From Mobula hypostoma (Eukaryota): a stretch of DNA of 64,000 nt. The translations under genes and the position numbers were made by a program. The stretch lies in assembly GCF_963921235.1 (NCBI RefSeq), contig NC_086108.1, forward strand, positions 31,932,001 to 31,996,000, written 5' to 3'. This document shows positions 22,487 through 35,702 of this stretch, one piece after another; within the stretch, counting starts at the first letter, position 1; every line of letters begins with the position of its first letter. The notes beneath the pieces are model-generated. The model ran no database searches and was not told where the DNA came from. It saw only the letters and a program-made list of their open reading frames with translations.

Positions 22487-22802
22487 GTTAATAACTCATC
22501 AGGGGTGATTGATAAGTTTGTGGCATAGGGTAGAAGGAGATGAGTTATTAACTTCAAACTTTCTGCATAATCACTCAAAGAGCTGACCTGCATGTGTATG
22601 TAACAACAGCTGTATAACTCATCTCCTTCTACCTTAGGCCACGATCTGTGGACACTTTCTGGAGGTCCAAGATCCGTATGCTCCACGACCGCTGGACTAA
22701 GTGTGTAAATGTAGGAGGGCACTATGTTGAAAAATAAATGGGCTAGGTTTTCTAAAATTGACTCCTTCTACCTTAGGCCATGAACTTATCAATCTCCCTT
22801 CG
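22487..22802 (+). mobile_element. Mariner-derived MITE (third copy, rearranged)
   Basis: Same TIR sequence, IRMLHDRWTKCVNVGGHYVEK, right end ...TCAATCTCCCTTCG|TA. Confidence 0.88.
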
Positions 22803-22984
22803 TATGTCATTGATAATAAACTGATTTTGCCCCATCGTTGTCCTACCCTTACGAGACCTCTCAAAATGCATCACTGCATCTATTCGTATTAAATTCACCT
22901 ATATTTATTTATTGTTCAATTCTATGTTATTGTTTTAATTACTTTAATTCAGTTCACTCTTTTTAGTTACACCTATTTCCATAA

Positions 22985-23265
22985 TGACATAGAAAGAGGC
23001 TATTTCAGCCCATTAAGTCTGTACCGGCTCACAGAGCAATTCCACTCCCTGTCATCCTGTCACCTACCTTCTCCACTTTCTTATCATCTCACTCCAGAAT
23101 CTACCACTCACCTATACACTACGGGCAATTTAAAGCAGCCAATCAACTGACTAATCTGCATGTCTTTGGGATATAGGAGGAGTCCAGAGCATCAGGAGGA
23201 ATCCCATGCAGTCACGAAGAATGTACAAACTCCACTCAGACAGCACCCAAGATTAGGACTGAATC
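22985..23265 (-). mobile_element. tRNA-derived V-core-type SINE with CR1-like tail
   Basis: GGGCAATTTA...CCAATCAACT...TGTCTTTGGGAT...GGAGGA...TACAAACTCCAC..AGACAGCACC. Confidence 0.75.
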
Positions 23266-23319
23266 CTTAATAAAAACGTAATAAATATTTAGCTTGGCTT
23301 ATTTCTAACTTAATAAATA

Positions 23320-24945
23320 TTTTGCATCAGTCTTCACTGTGCAAGGCACTAGCAATATGCCAGAAATTCAAGAGTATCAGGGGGTAGAAGTGGGTGTAGT
23401 TACTAAGGAGAAGATGCTTGGGAAGCTGAAAGATCTGAGGTTAGACTAGATATTGACCTGGACCAGATAGATTACACCCCAGGGTTCTGAAAGAGGGAGC
23501 TGAAGAGATTGTGGAGCCATTAGTAATGATCTTTCAAGAATCACTAGATTCTGGAATGATTCAAGGGGACCGAAAAATCGCAAATGTCACCAAGCTCTTT
23601 AAGAAGGGAGGCAAAAGACAGGAAATTATACGCCAGTTAACCTGACTTCAATGGTTAGGAAGGTGTTGGAGTCTATTATTAAGGATGAGGTTTCGGGGTA
23701 CATGGAGACACATAATAAAATAGGCTGAAGTCAGCATTTTCCCTGAAGAGAAAATCTTCCCTCACAAATCTGTTGGAATTCTTTGAGAAAATAACAGGCA
23801 GGATAGATAGACAAAGGAGAATCAGTGGATGATGTTACTTGGATTTTCAGAAGTCTTTTGACAAGGTGTCACACATGAGGCTACTAAACAAGATAAGAGT
23901 CCATGGTATTACAGGAAAGATACTAGCATGGATAGAAGGTTGGCTGACTGACAGGAGACGAGGAGTGGGTATAAAGGGGGCCTTTTATGGTTGGCTGCTG
24001 GTGACTAATGTTGTTCTGCAGGGGTTGGTGTTACGACAGTTCTTTTCACATTATATGTCAATGATTTGGATGATGGAATTGATAGCTTTGTGACCAAGTC
24101 TGCAGACAATAGAAAGTTAGATATGCAGACAGGTTGTGTTGAAAAAGCAGAGTCTGCGGAAGGATTCAGACAGATTAAGGGAATGGGCAAAGAAGTGACA
24201 GATGGAATATAGTGTTGGGAGGTGTATGGTTGTCTATTTTAGTAGAAGGAATAAAGGTGCAGACTATTTTCTAAATGGGGAAGATGTTCAGAAATCAAAG
24301 GTGCAAGGGGACTTGGGCATCCTCGTGGAGGATTCACTAAAAGTCAACTTGTAGGTTAACTTGGTGGTCAGAAAGGCAAATGCAATGTTAGCTAGAATAC
24401 AAAAGCAAGGATGCAATGCTGAGGCATTACATTGGTTAGACCACACTCAGAGTATAGTGAGCAGTTTTGGGCCCCATATCTAAGAAAGGATGTGTTGGCA
24501 TTGGAGAGTCTCTTCCAGGAATGAAAACGTTAACGTATGAGGAGCGTTTGATAGCTTGGGCCTGAACACATTGGAGTTTAGAAGAATGAGGGAGGATCTT
24601 TTTGAAACCTATCGAATATTGAAAGCCCTAGATAGAGTGGATGTGGAGAGGATGTTTCTTATAGTGGGGGTTTTGAGGACCAGAGGACACACTCTTTGAA
24701 TAGAAGGACGTCCCTCTAAAACGGAGACAAAGAGAATTTTTTTTAGCCAGAGGGTGGTTAATCTGCAGAGGCCAAGTGTATTTAAAATGGAGTTTGATAG
24801 GTACTTGTTTAGTAAGGGCATCAAAGGCTACTGAGAGAAGGGAGGAGAATGGGGTTGAGGGGGAAAACAAATCAGCTGTGATCAATTGGCAAAGTAGGCT
24901 TGATGGCCAAGTGGTCTAATTCTGCTCTTATGGTCTTATGGTCTA
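23320..24945 (+). mobile_element. CR1 LINE fragment (~1.6 kb, RT to tail)
   Basis: FASVFT, GPD.LHPRVLKE, DFQKSFDKVSHMRLLNK, (TCTTATGG)n tail. Confidence 0.9.
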
Positions 24946-25689
24946 ACCTGGAATGCTAAAACTCTGAGGCTACAGCTCTTCCGGCTGTACCATTCAGACT
25001 CCTACTTCCTCAACAGTTGAATAATTCTTACTGTTGAATTATTTACTTCAAATTTTAAATGATTTGGCATCAATTTTAAATAATTGAGCATGTGTCAGAC
25101 TGGAGCCAATATTCCAAAACCATGAACGTTTCTTGCAAAATAATTAAGGAGCAATTTTTCCCACTGGCAGAACATGCAGTGACCAGAGGACTCAAATCAG
25201 TTAAGGTTCCTTACTCAGTGAACTATGACCCTGGAATGCACATTCTTGTGAAAGAGTGCCAGTGATAGATTCAATTGTAACACTTAAAATTGAATTGGGA
25301 AACACTTCAAAAGGGAAATTGTTTGATAAAGCATGGGCACCAGGAATAAACAAATGTAATATTAGATAAATCATGATATTATCTCTGTCATGAATGGGGA
25401 GGATGCTGAAAGAGATGGGATGTTGAAATACAGAAGGAAAATCTCAAGTGAGGGTGAGTGAAAAGGTCTGAAGATTATTAACAGAGGTAGATGGTATATA
25501 CCTGTACCCCTGGTAGCTGCACTACCCTCTAGACTGCCCACTCCCACCAGCCTGTCCCCTCACAACCAACTTAGAAAACTTTCCTGTATTCAATGTAGGC
25601 ATTGCTGGCAAGACTGTATTTATTCCCCTTGAAGGCATCTTGAACCACTGCAGTATTTCAGCACTGTTGAGTAGTGAATTCCAGTGATG

Positions 25690-26620
25690 ACATTGATCAG
25701 TTCTGAGACCCTCACTGTTTGCCATACATGTGAACAATTTGGATGTGAATGCTGGAGGTGTGACTAATAAGCTTACAAAAGACACAAAAATTGGTAGTAT
25801 TGATAGTGCGAGAGATTGTTTCAACATCAAAGACTATCTTGTTAGCTTAAATTAGGCAGAGCAATGGCAGGCAGAAGGTAATTCAACAAGAGCACTGTGA
25901 TGCATGTTGGGCAGTACAGTAAGGGCACGATGCACACCATGAATGATAGGACCCTAGGTAGTATTGAGGGACTTTGATGATAAATCCCGAAAGTGGCAGC
26001 ACAGGTGGTTAAGAAAGTGGAGAAAGAATACTTGCTTTCATTAATTTATTAATTCATTAATTAAACTTAGATTCTTCTCCCTGTCTATGCTCATCATCAG
26101 AGGTCATGGTACAACTTTATAAAACTTCATCTAGGCCACAGCTGGAAGAATCTGTGTAGTTCCGTCTGCAGCTCCATAGGAAGGATGGCATTGTACTGGA
26201 CAGAGTACTTGGGATGGAACATATCAGTTTTGAGCAGATATCAGCTTTGTTTCCCTTAGAGCGAATGAGGTCAAAGAGGGATGTGATATCGATGTACAGA
26301 ATAATGAGGGGCATAGATAGTGAAAAACTTTGCCTGATAATGGACATATTTAAAACCAAGGGGCTAAGGTTTAAAATGAGCATTAAGATGATGACAAAGG
26401 ACCTGAGAAAATTTATTTTCACCCAGAGCGTAGCTGCAATTTGGAACACACTGCCTGAGGTGGTGGAGGCAGGTAATCTCACAATAGTTAAAATGTCTCT
26501 AGCATATAAATCACCAGGGCACAGAAAAGAAGTGAGAGTAAGTGGGGTTGTACAGATGGGTACTTGATGGTTGGCATGGACTTTGTAGGTTTGGGTCACA
26601 GGGACTGTTTCTATGCTGCA
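25690..26620 (+). mobile_element. Highly degraded CR1 fragment
   Basis: LYKTSSRPQLEESV, LFPLERMRSKRDVI, FIFTQSVAAIWNTLPEVVEAG. Confidence 0.8.
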
Positions 26621-28028
26621 TGATATTTGGTGGTATTCCCATGAGTCTGCTGTTCTTGTCCTCTCCTTGGTTGTAGAGGTCAAGGATTTAGGTGGCATTG
26701 AAGAAGCCTTGTTGATTCATTACAGTGCCATTTGTAGTTGATTCTTGCTGTACCTACAATGCAGGAGTGAACATATAGGCTGCATGCCTTGAATAGTTTG
26801 GTTTCAAGAGTATTGTTGGAGATGCACTCATCCAGCCAAGTGAAAAGAACTCCATCACTTTCCTGTATGTGCTGGAAAAAACTTTATGTCGTCAACCCAA
26901 GAGACCCCACATGCCTTCCTAGGTTTTGGTGTCATCCTAATATTTACATGGCCAGTCCAGTAATGTTTTACTCAGCAGACGGTCAAATTTTCCCTCACTG
27001 GAGAGTCATTGTCCATTACTTGTATGGTGCACATATCACCTATCAACTATCAGCCAAGGCTGAATATTGTCCAGGTCTTGCCAGAGATCGGCATTTGCTG
27101 ATGTCCTATTGAGAAGGTAATTTCTCCTCCTCTGCCCCTCTCCCAAATTCTAGCCGCCCCCCCCCCGCCACTCCCACTAGCTTCTCAAGGACCCCATCAC
27201 TCAATAGGAAAAGGTCAACTAACAAAGAGCGGGTTCAGAGAACAAATGGGAAAAGGAATTCATGAAGGTGTATAGATTGGTAGGTTAGCAGGCCACTGTA
27301 AATTGTGTCTAGAGCATTGGTTACTGGGTGGCGGTAGAACTTGATGACATTTGAAAGGAATATGGGGAAAATAAAATAGAATTAGTGTAAGATCATGGAC
27401 TTGATGGAGAGAAGGCCTCTTGAGGAAACAATGGCTCTAAGAAGTCCAAACCCTCACTTCACAAGGCAGTCCAGGGACTGGGAAAACACTGCAGCTAAAT
27501 CCACGGTGGTGATAATAAAAGACATTACACATACCAACATGAGAAATCATTTCTCAGACTCATTGTACTATTATCGAATTAACAGAGCACCAACATGTTA
27601 GCTTCCCTTCCCTCAGTATAATCACTTGGAACTAACCTGGTAAAATACCGAGGCATTGACTAATGCTCAGTCCTTCAACAATTGTTGGACAAAGCGGCTT
27701 CATTCTGATGAGCAAGAAAATTTAGAAGATGGTTAGGCAGTATTGCAACAGAAAAGGCACTCTCTAAAGAAGTTGTACATTTCCAAACTGAATTTTCTCA
27801 TTGCTTCATCCATCTTTTAGGTATCACTCAAATCCCCAACACACAAACATACAGGATGTCTATGTATAGTTTTGATTGGAACAACACCAGCTGCAGCCTT
27901 GACTACAAGCAAACACAAGGCATCATTTGCCCACACTTGGACTGGACATTAGTCCACTTGTACATTTTGAACACTGTCAATTTTGACTTATCTGGACTGC
28001 AATTATATTGAAGATGGTCTCTTTAGAA

Positions 28029-29245
28029 CAGCGGTTCCCAACGACCAGGCCGCAGACCGGTACTGGGCCGCAAAGCATGCGCTGCCGGGCCGCGAGGAAA
28101 CGATATGATTTGGCGATAGGAGTCAGCTGCACCTTTCCTCATTCTCTGTCACAACCACTGTTGAGCCATTACGCATGTGAGGTCATTACCCACGCGTCAT
28201 CCATGTCAGCGCGGGAAGAAAATCAACTCCTTGAGCTTGCAAATGACGGCGGGCTGAAAAGTATGTTTGACATAACATCTCTGCCGGCATTCTGGATCAA
28301 AGTCAAGGCTAAATATCCTGAGATAGCCACGAAAGCACTGAAAAGGTTGCTTCCATATCCAACATATCTCTGCAATGAATGCAACGGAAACTAAATTGCA
28401 GAACAGACTGGACATAAGGAACCCCCTTCGAGTATCGCTGTCTCCCAGCACCCCTCGATGGGGCCGTCTTGTTGCAGGGAAACAAGCCCGGGGCTCCCAC
28501 TGATTCAGCGATATTGGTGTGTTGCAATGACTTATATGTTCATACGGGGAAAATATTTGCTGTGTGTTTAATATCCAAACGTTACTTAAAAATGTTATGA
28601 TGCTATTGACTTATAAGTGACTTATATAACCATATAACAATTACAGCACGGAAACAGGCCATCTCGGCCCTTCTAGTCCACGCCGAACGCTTACTCTCAC
28701 CTAGTCCCACCGACCTGCACTCAGCCCATAAGCCTCCATTCCTTTCCTGTCCATATACCTATCCAATTTTTCTTTAAATGATAATATCAAACCTGTTTCT
28801 GCCACTTCTACTGGAAGTTCGTTCAACACTTACTTCAAGCTCCCCTGTCCTCCCCGATAATTGATTTATCACTGTATTCATGCGAGGAAAATATGCGCTG
28901 TGTATTTAATATTAAATTTATTAGATAAACCCTTTTAGAAATGAAATTGAGTGTATTAGCCACTTATCACCTATATTGCGGTTGTGATTAACACCTCCCC
29001 GCGCCCCCCCCGAACAGAATCACGAAAAACGATTAGTGGAGGAAAAATCGGCAGGTACACGCATGCGCAGGTCCCGCAAGGCTTCATGGTCATTGTAGTC
29101 TTTTCTGGGTGAACACAACGTATTTGACTGCTACTCTTGTCCGTTGGCAACCCTTAACCCCCCCCCTCCCCATGGGTCGGCCAGTCCACAAGAATATCGT
29201 CAATATTAAACTGGTCCACAGTGCAAAAAAGGTTGGGGACCCCTG
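28029..29245 (+). mobile_element. Non-autonomous hAT (Charlie-type) element, 1217 bp, retaining the C-terminal dimerization region
   Basis: Ends CAGCGGTTCCCAAC / GTTGGGGACCCCTG; perfect TSD CTTTAGAA (28021-28, 29246-53); LPAFWIKVKAKYPEIATKALKRLLPYPTYLC...NRLDIRNPLRVSLS...ARGSH*. Confidence 0.95.
28630..28825 (-). mobile_element. CR1 3'-tail fragment inside the hAT element
   Basis: ACAGCACGGAAACAGGCC...GGCCCTT...CCTGTCCATATACCTATCC...TTAAA...GCCACTTCTAC resembles other CR1 tails read in reverse. Confidence 0.7.
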
Positions 29246-30274
29246 CTTTAGAAAGCCCACTTCAAAATACCATGTAAGAGGAAAGAAAAGATTAGGTTCT
29301 TATCATGTTGTCTACTCTGAGGCCTTACTCTCAGCACTTAATTCTTAGGCCCTCTTCCCAGCCATGAACTGTATCGTCCCTCCAGCCTCACCCCTGATCT
29401 CCTAGAACTTCTGATTTTCCAACAAGACTTTGGAGAGCACCTCATCCTATTCCCTACCAAAATGTGACCAGACCTTCTCCAGACTTGCTGCCAATCATCT
29501 GCCTGGAAATCAGAAAGTTAACCTTCCACCTATGTTCCAACAAGAGCACCATTTATGTTATCATGGGATTCATGGCCTGAAATCCAGGTTCTTCATCATT
29601 TGAACCACTGACATTGAGTGTACGTGGAATCAACAAATAGATAGTCCCAAATTTAGATTTAGAATTATGATGCGATAATAACATGCCCACTGCCGGACAA
29701 GATCCTACTGGGATGACTCCTTGAGAAAGGGCCTGTCTTTGCTCCTGATCCACTGAACTATCATAAAGTGCTTCAAAAAAAGAAACACATAGTGCATATG
29801 TCAAACGATATGCAGAATATTTTGCACCCCAGAACTACAGCAATCTTCACATTTGCAGGTCATTCCAGAGCACCGAGCAACGAGGTACTTATAGATGTAC
29901 TGTCACTAGTGTGGTAATGGAAACTCAACAACATTTTTTTTTAAACACAGTAATAGCCCACAAGTGTTCATATGGTGGACCTGTTCTTTCACCTGATACT
30001 CTGTACCTGGCTTTGAGCAGTTGACCAGCCACCAGGTGGCGCTCACAAACAGGTCTCCAGCTGCTCAGCAGATTCTTCATTTTTTCTATTTCGTTGAGGA
30101 TTTCATACCTCAGCTCCTTGCCTGGGGAAAAGTGCTGTCTCCAAAACAAAAACAGTGGTTGGCACACAGGATCTTAGACTCCAATAAACAGAGTTCAACC
30201 AAACAAACAAGGATAAATTTAATCAGTGTGCAGTGCTATGTTTACAGCTATCGTACCAGCTTTCTGGAATACAG

Positions 30275-30470
30275 AAAGGGCAGGAAACTTCTATGGAGGG
30301 AAATTAACAGTCAAAGTTTTCGGACAAGATCCTTCAACAGGAATGTCCCAAAGGTCTCAGCCTGAAACATCGACTGTTTATCTCTCTCTATAGCTGCTGC
30401 CTCACCTGCCGGATCCTCCAGCATCTGTGTTGCTCAAGATTTCCAGCATCTGCAAAATCTCTTTTGTTTA
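30275..30470. mobile_element. Back-to-back degenerate Penelope-tail (hammerhead) pair
   Basis: Minus copy CCTGTTGAAGGATCTTGTCCGAAAACTTTGACTG (30308-30341); plus copy AAGGTCTCAGCCTGAAACATCGACTG...GCTGCTGCCTCACCTG...CCAGCATCTGCA. Confidence 0.75.
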
Positions 30471-31146
30471 TGCATCATCTTTCTAACCAGATTGTCTGAC
30501 TACCTCAGCCGCTTGAAGCAGTGGTCACTCTTTGTAACTGATTGGACGGGGAGATGGCCACCCCAGGTGATACACGTCGCCCCTGCAGAATTCTCCACCT
30601 CAGTGAAGGATCTTTAAAAAACTGCAGCTTTGCTGTGTTATGGGGTCCTTTTGGCTGACTGGTGCAGGGGTAGTCAGTTCTTTGTATTTATAGTCAATTA
30701 CCCAAGTTCTGTAGTTATTACAATAGTGAACCTCTTGGCACTGGTTATCATTAAGTGGCCGCAACACCAGGGGTTTCCATCTACATGTTGCTTAATACAG
30801 AAAGTTGCTCAGCTTCTTCATAGAGCACCTTCAGCAGTGAAATTAAAGGAATTCGCATGAATTGTCAGGAACAAGCTCATTACAAATCAGTTTCTCAGCA
30901 AGATCCCCTGAACACTGACTTATGCTGCTGGGTGAGGTCTAATAGAGTACTGGACAATCATTATTATTTAGCAATTTATCCAATTCCGATCTTCCAATCT
31001 ACCTCACTGTGGCCCTTGCACTTTACCTGTCTACCCGCACCACTCTTCTTCTGGAACTGGAACTGTATTCTGCATTCTATTTTTTTTACTACCTCAATAA
31101 ATTTATGTATGAAATGATCTGGCACACAAACAATAACTTTTCAATA

Positions 31147-31400
31147 TATCAGAATCAGGATCAAAATCAAGTTTAATATCACCAGCATATGTCATGAAAT
31201 TTGGTAACTTTGTGGCAGCAGCACAATACATGATAAATATAGAAAAAAGCTGAGTTAGAGTCAGTAAATGTAAGCATATTAAATAGTGAAGGAAAGTGAA
31301 GTGGTACAAAAAAGAAGTGAGGTAGTGTGTATGGGCTCAATGTCCATTTAGAAATTGGATGCAAGAGAGGAAGAAGCAGTTCCTATCTTAATCATGTGTG
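31147..31400 (-). mobile_element. Rex1/Babar-type LINE 3' UTR
   Basis: Reverse complement resembles 4510-4725, including the (TGATTC)n tail. Confidence 0.8.
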
Positions 31401-31819
31401 TGCATTCCAATTTCTCTTTCATAGTTTGTGAAAACTTGTAAAAGTTCATTAAAAATTGGGCTTTTTACCTTCTGGTACTCTGTGTGCAAGAATTCTTTAC
31501 TAAGATTAGCAGCTGTATCAAATGACATTTTATTATCAATCTTCAACAGGTTTACAGTGATAAAACAAACACCTTTCGAGAGCTGTAAGTTATATGAAGT
31601 AATAATAATTAAATGTAGGAGATGCTTTACATACTATCAAAATGGACTAAATATTGGCACGTAAAACTTACATTTAAAATGTTACACAATAGTGGAATTT
31701 CACATATTTTATTGCTAATATTCATTCCAACACAACGAAAAAAAAACATAAGCTGTACTACAAACATTATCACTGCAATGTGTCAATGGTTTTAAAGATG
31801 CAATTTGCAGCCAAGGTTT

Positions 31820-32816
31820 GTATTTAGTGTGGTGTGGGTAGACAGCCACTGTGTATCCGACAGAGTGATCAGCAGCACTGGGGCTCCACAGGGGACTGTC
31901 TTGTCTCCCTTTCTCTTCACCATTTACACCTCGGACTTCAACTACTGCACAGAGTCTTGTCATCTTCAGAAGTTTTCGGATGACTCTGCCATAGTTGGAT
32001 GCATCAGCAAGGGAGATGGGGGCTACGGTAGGAAACTTTGTCACATGGTGTGAGCAGAATTATCTGCAGCTTAATGTGAAAAAGACTAAGGAGCTGGTGG
32101 TAGACCTGAGGAGAGCTAAGGTACCGGTGACCCCCGTTTCCATCCAGGGGGTCAGTGTGGACATAGTGGAGGATTACAAATACCTGGGGATACGAATTGA
32201 CAATAAACTGGACTGGTCTAAGAACACTGAGGCTGTCTACAAGATGGGTCAGAGCCATCTCTATTTCCTGAGGAGACTGAGGTCCTTTAACATCTGCCGG
32301 ACGATACTGAGGATGTTCTACGAGTCTGTGGTGGCCAGTGCTATCATGTTTGCTGTTGTGGGCTGGGGCAGCAGGCTGAGGGTAGCAGACACCAACAGAA
32401 TCAACAAACTCATCCGTAAGGCCAGTGATGTTGTGGGGATGGAAATGGACTCTCTCACGGTGGTGTCTGAAAAGAGGATGCAGTCTAAGTTGCATGCCAT
32501 CTTGGTCAATGTCTCCCGTCCACCACATAATGTACTGGGTGGGCACAGGAGTACATTCAGCCAGAGATTCATTCCACCAAGATGCAGCACAGAGCGTCAT
32601 AGGAAGTCATTCCTGCCTGTGGCCATCAAACTTTACAACTCCTCCCTTGGAGGGTCAGACACCCTGAGCCAATAGGCTGGTCCTGGACTTATTTCGTAAT
32701 TTACTGGCATAATTTACATATTATTAACTATTTATGGTTCTATTACTATTTTTTATTATGGTGCAACTGTAACGAAAACCAATTTCCCCGGGATCAATAA
32801 AGTATGACTATGACTA
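31820..32816 (+). mobile_element. 5'-truncated Rex1/Babar-type LINE
   Basis: STGAPQGTVLSPFLFTIYTSDF, LQKFSDDSAIVG, WCEQNYLQLNVKKTKELVVD, YKYLG, LYFLRRLRSF, KSFLPVAIKLYN; AATAAAG(TATGAC)n tail. Confidence 0.93.
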
Positions 32817-33456
32817 TTTCCCTATGTATTTTGTTTCAGGTTGCTGGTGATTAATAATACGTAATTATATTTGTGCCTTATTATCTGAACTGAATAGTGC
32901 ATTAGAAATAAATACTAGTTTCATTTATTTTTTGAAATTTTCCAACATTCAGATAAGCTTAGCAAGTTGAATAATGTTTTACATGGGAAAGCTGGCTTAA
33001 AGACTATGTTTGTCTCAGCATCAATTCTGAAATCAGGCTGATTGATAAAGTGAATATAGGTGGTCCTGGACAGTTGGCAGTTGAATCTATTCTCACTTTA
33101 TACAGCTGTCTATGGAATGCAAAGTGACATACTCTGTTCTTGCACCCCCAAACCATTCAATTTTGTTATTCCAGATTAGCTAGCAGTCTGTCATCCTGGA
33201 AAAGAATGCCCTGATGTTCATTCAAGGTTCGATGAACAGAACGGACTATAGATATCTATGTTAAACGCTTTCTGTGATCCATCCAATGTAGAGATAGCAA
33301 TCATGCTTGCAATTACATAATACATTCAACACCGTGAAAAGCCGCAAGGTATTTCACAGGAGTACCACCAGACACTGATCCACATGAGCAGATATTATCA
33401 CAGGCCTTGAAAGCCTGGACAATTTAAAGACTGCCTCAAAAACAAGATAAGAGTTT

Positions 33457-34897
33457 AGAAACATAGAAACATAGAAAACCTATGGCACAATACGGCCCAA
33501 AAAGCTGTGCCGAACATGTCCTTACCTGAGAAATTACCTAGGGTTACCCATACCCTCTATTTTTCTGAGCTCCATATACCTGTCCAGGAGTCTCTTAAAA
33601 GACCCTATCGTATCCGCCTCCACCACAGTCGCCAACAGCCCATTCCACGCACTCACCACTCTCTGCGTAAAAAACTTACCCCTGATATCTCCTCTGTACC
33701 TACTTCCAAGCACCTTAAAACTGTGCCCTCTTGTGCTAGTCATTTCAGCCCTGGGAAAAAGCCTCTGACTATCCACACGATCAACACCTCTCATCATCTT
33801 ATACACCTCCATCAGGTCACTTCTCATCCTCCATCGCTCCAAGAAGAAAAGGACGAGCTTACTCAATCTATTCTCATAAGGCATACTCTCCAATCCAGGC
33901 AACATCCTTGTAAATCTCCTCTGCACCCTCCCTAAGGTTTCCACATCCTTCCTGTAGTGAGGCGACCAGAACTGAGCACAGTACTCCAAGATGCTGGAGG
34001 AACGCAGCAGGCCAGGCAGCATCTATAGGAAGAAGTACAGTCCTGATGAAGGGTCTGAGCCCAAAACGTCGACTGTACTTCTTCCTGTTGATGCTGCCTG
34101 GCCTGCTGCGTTTCACCAGCATTTTGTGTGTGTTGCTTGAATTTCCATCATCTGCAGATTTTCTAGTGTTTACAGTACTCCAAGTGGGGTCTGGCCAGGG
34201 TCTTATATAGCTGCAACATTACCTCTCGGCTCCTAAACTCAATCCCACGATTGATGAAGGCCAATGCACCGTATGCTTTCTTAATCACAGTCAACCTGCG
34301 CAGGACCCCAAGATCCTTCTGATCCTCCACACTGCCAAGAGTCTTACCATTAATACTATATTCTGCCATCATATTTGACCTACCAAAATGAACCACCTCA
34401 CACTTATCTGGGTTGAACTCCATCTGCCACTTCTCAGCCCAGTTTTGCATCCTATCAATGTCTCGCTGTAACCTCTGACAGCCCTTCACACTATCCACAA
34501 CACACCCAACCTTTGTGTCATCAGCAAATTTACTAACCCATCCCTCCACTTCCTCATCCAGGTCACTTGTAAAAATCACGAAGAGTAAGGGTCTCAGAAC
34601 AGATCCCTGAGGCACACCACTGGTGACTGACCTCCATGCAGAATATGACCTGTCTACAACCACTCTTTGCCTTCTGTCGGCAAGCCAGTTCTGGATCCAC
34701 AAAGCAATATCCCCTTGGATCCCATGCCTCCTTACTTACTCAATAAGCCTTGCATGGGATACCTTGTAAAATGCCTTGCTGAAATCCATATACACTACAT
34801 CTACTGCTCTGCAATCGTCAATGTGTTTAGTCACATCCTCAAAAAAATCAATCAGGCTTGTAAGGCACGACTTGCCTTTCAAAAAGCCATGCTGACT
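33457..34897 (-). mobile_element. 5'-truncated CR1 LINE
   Basis: VTSGVPQGSVL, SKFADDTK, WQMEFNPDKC, RPHLEYC|AQFWSPHY, TRGHSFK; (TTTCTATG)n tail. Confidence 0.95.
33991..34171 (+). mobile_element. 181-bp non-coding Penelope-derived hairpin element carrying a hammerhead motif
   Basis: 13-bp TSD ACAGTACTCCAAG (33978-90, 34172-84); arms 33991-34042 and 34071-34122 match 48/52; loop CTGATGA-AGGGTCTGAGCCC-AAAACGTC. Confidence 0.9.
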
Positions 34898-35702
34898 TTG
34901 CAAGGAAATTCCAAAACTCAGGTCCTAAATGTCCTAAATAAGAAGACTGTGTGAAGGCGGTGAATGAGGAAGGAAATACTCCAAAGGTCATTGAACCAAA
35001 ATTAGAACAATAATGGCAAGCTTCATTTTTATCGCTTCTGATTGCACTAGACACTAGGTATCCATTTCAACTGACAACTTAAAAATAATGGTTCTCATTT
35101 AATGGGCAGGGTGTATCTTTGTGGCAGCTTTCTATTAGCTCAACAGCAAGTGGTTTGGCCTTAAACTGAACCTCAAATTCTGCCCCATTGATCATGTTTT
35201 CACCTGGTGACGAATTTAGCTTTGCCTTATTGCAGTTAACATGTTTCATGTTATTGATGGAACTCCATAAAATAGGCAGAAAGTCTTAGAGAGATGTGTG
35301 TTCTCCACATTTATACCCAGATACAGTTGTAGTTTGGATGGAAAATAAAAAGTTTTAAACGCAGTTTAAAAGACGGACTAGATGTGAGGATGAAGCACAA
35401 GCCATACTTAAGTACATCCTGGTTTTCTCAACCTTCTACACCAGTCTACATGGACATATCTCCAGCCAGAAAACTTAACGTGTCCCCAAATCCTCAGTGC
35501 AAGCTTCCTCACTGCATCTATTCTAAAACTGCTGCAAGTCACAACTAAAGTTTTGTGAGGTAAACTCATTCTCCCACTCCCAGTGTTCTGCAGGATTTCA
35601 GCATTGTACATAAGAAACCCCATTACTATGATCTTATCTTCTACATTGTTTTTCTGCTTTCATTTGCGTAATGCCCTGGTTAAGACTCTTTACTGCTAAT
35701 AC

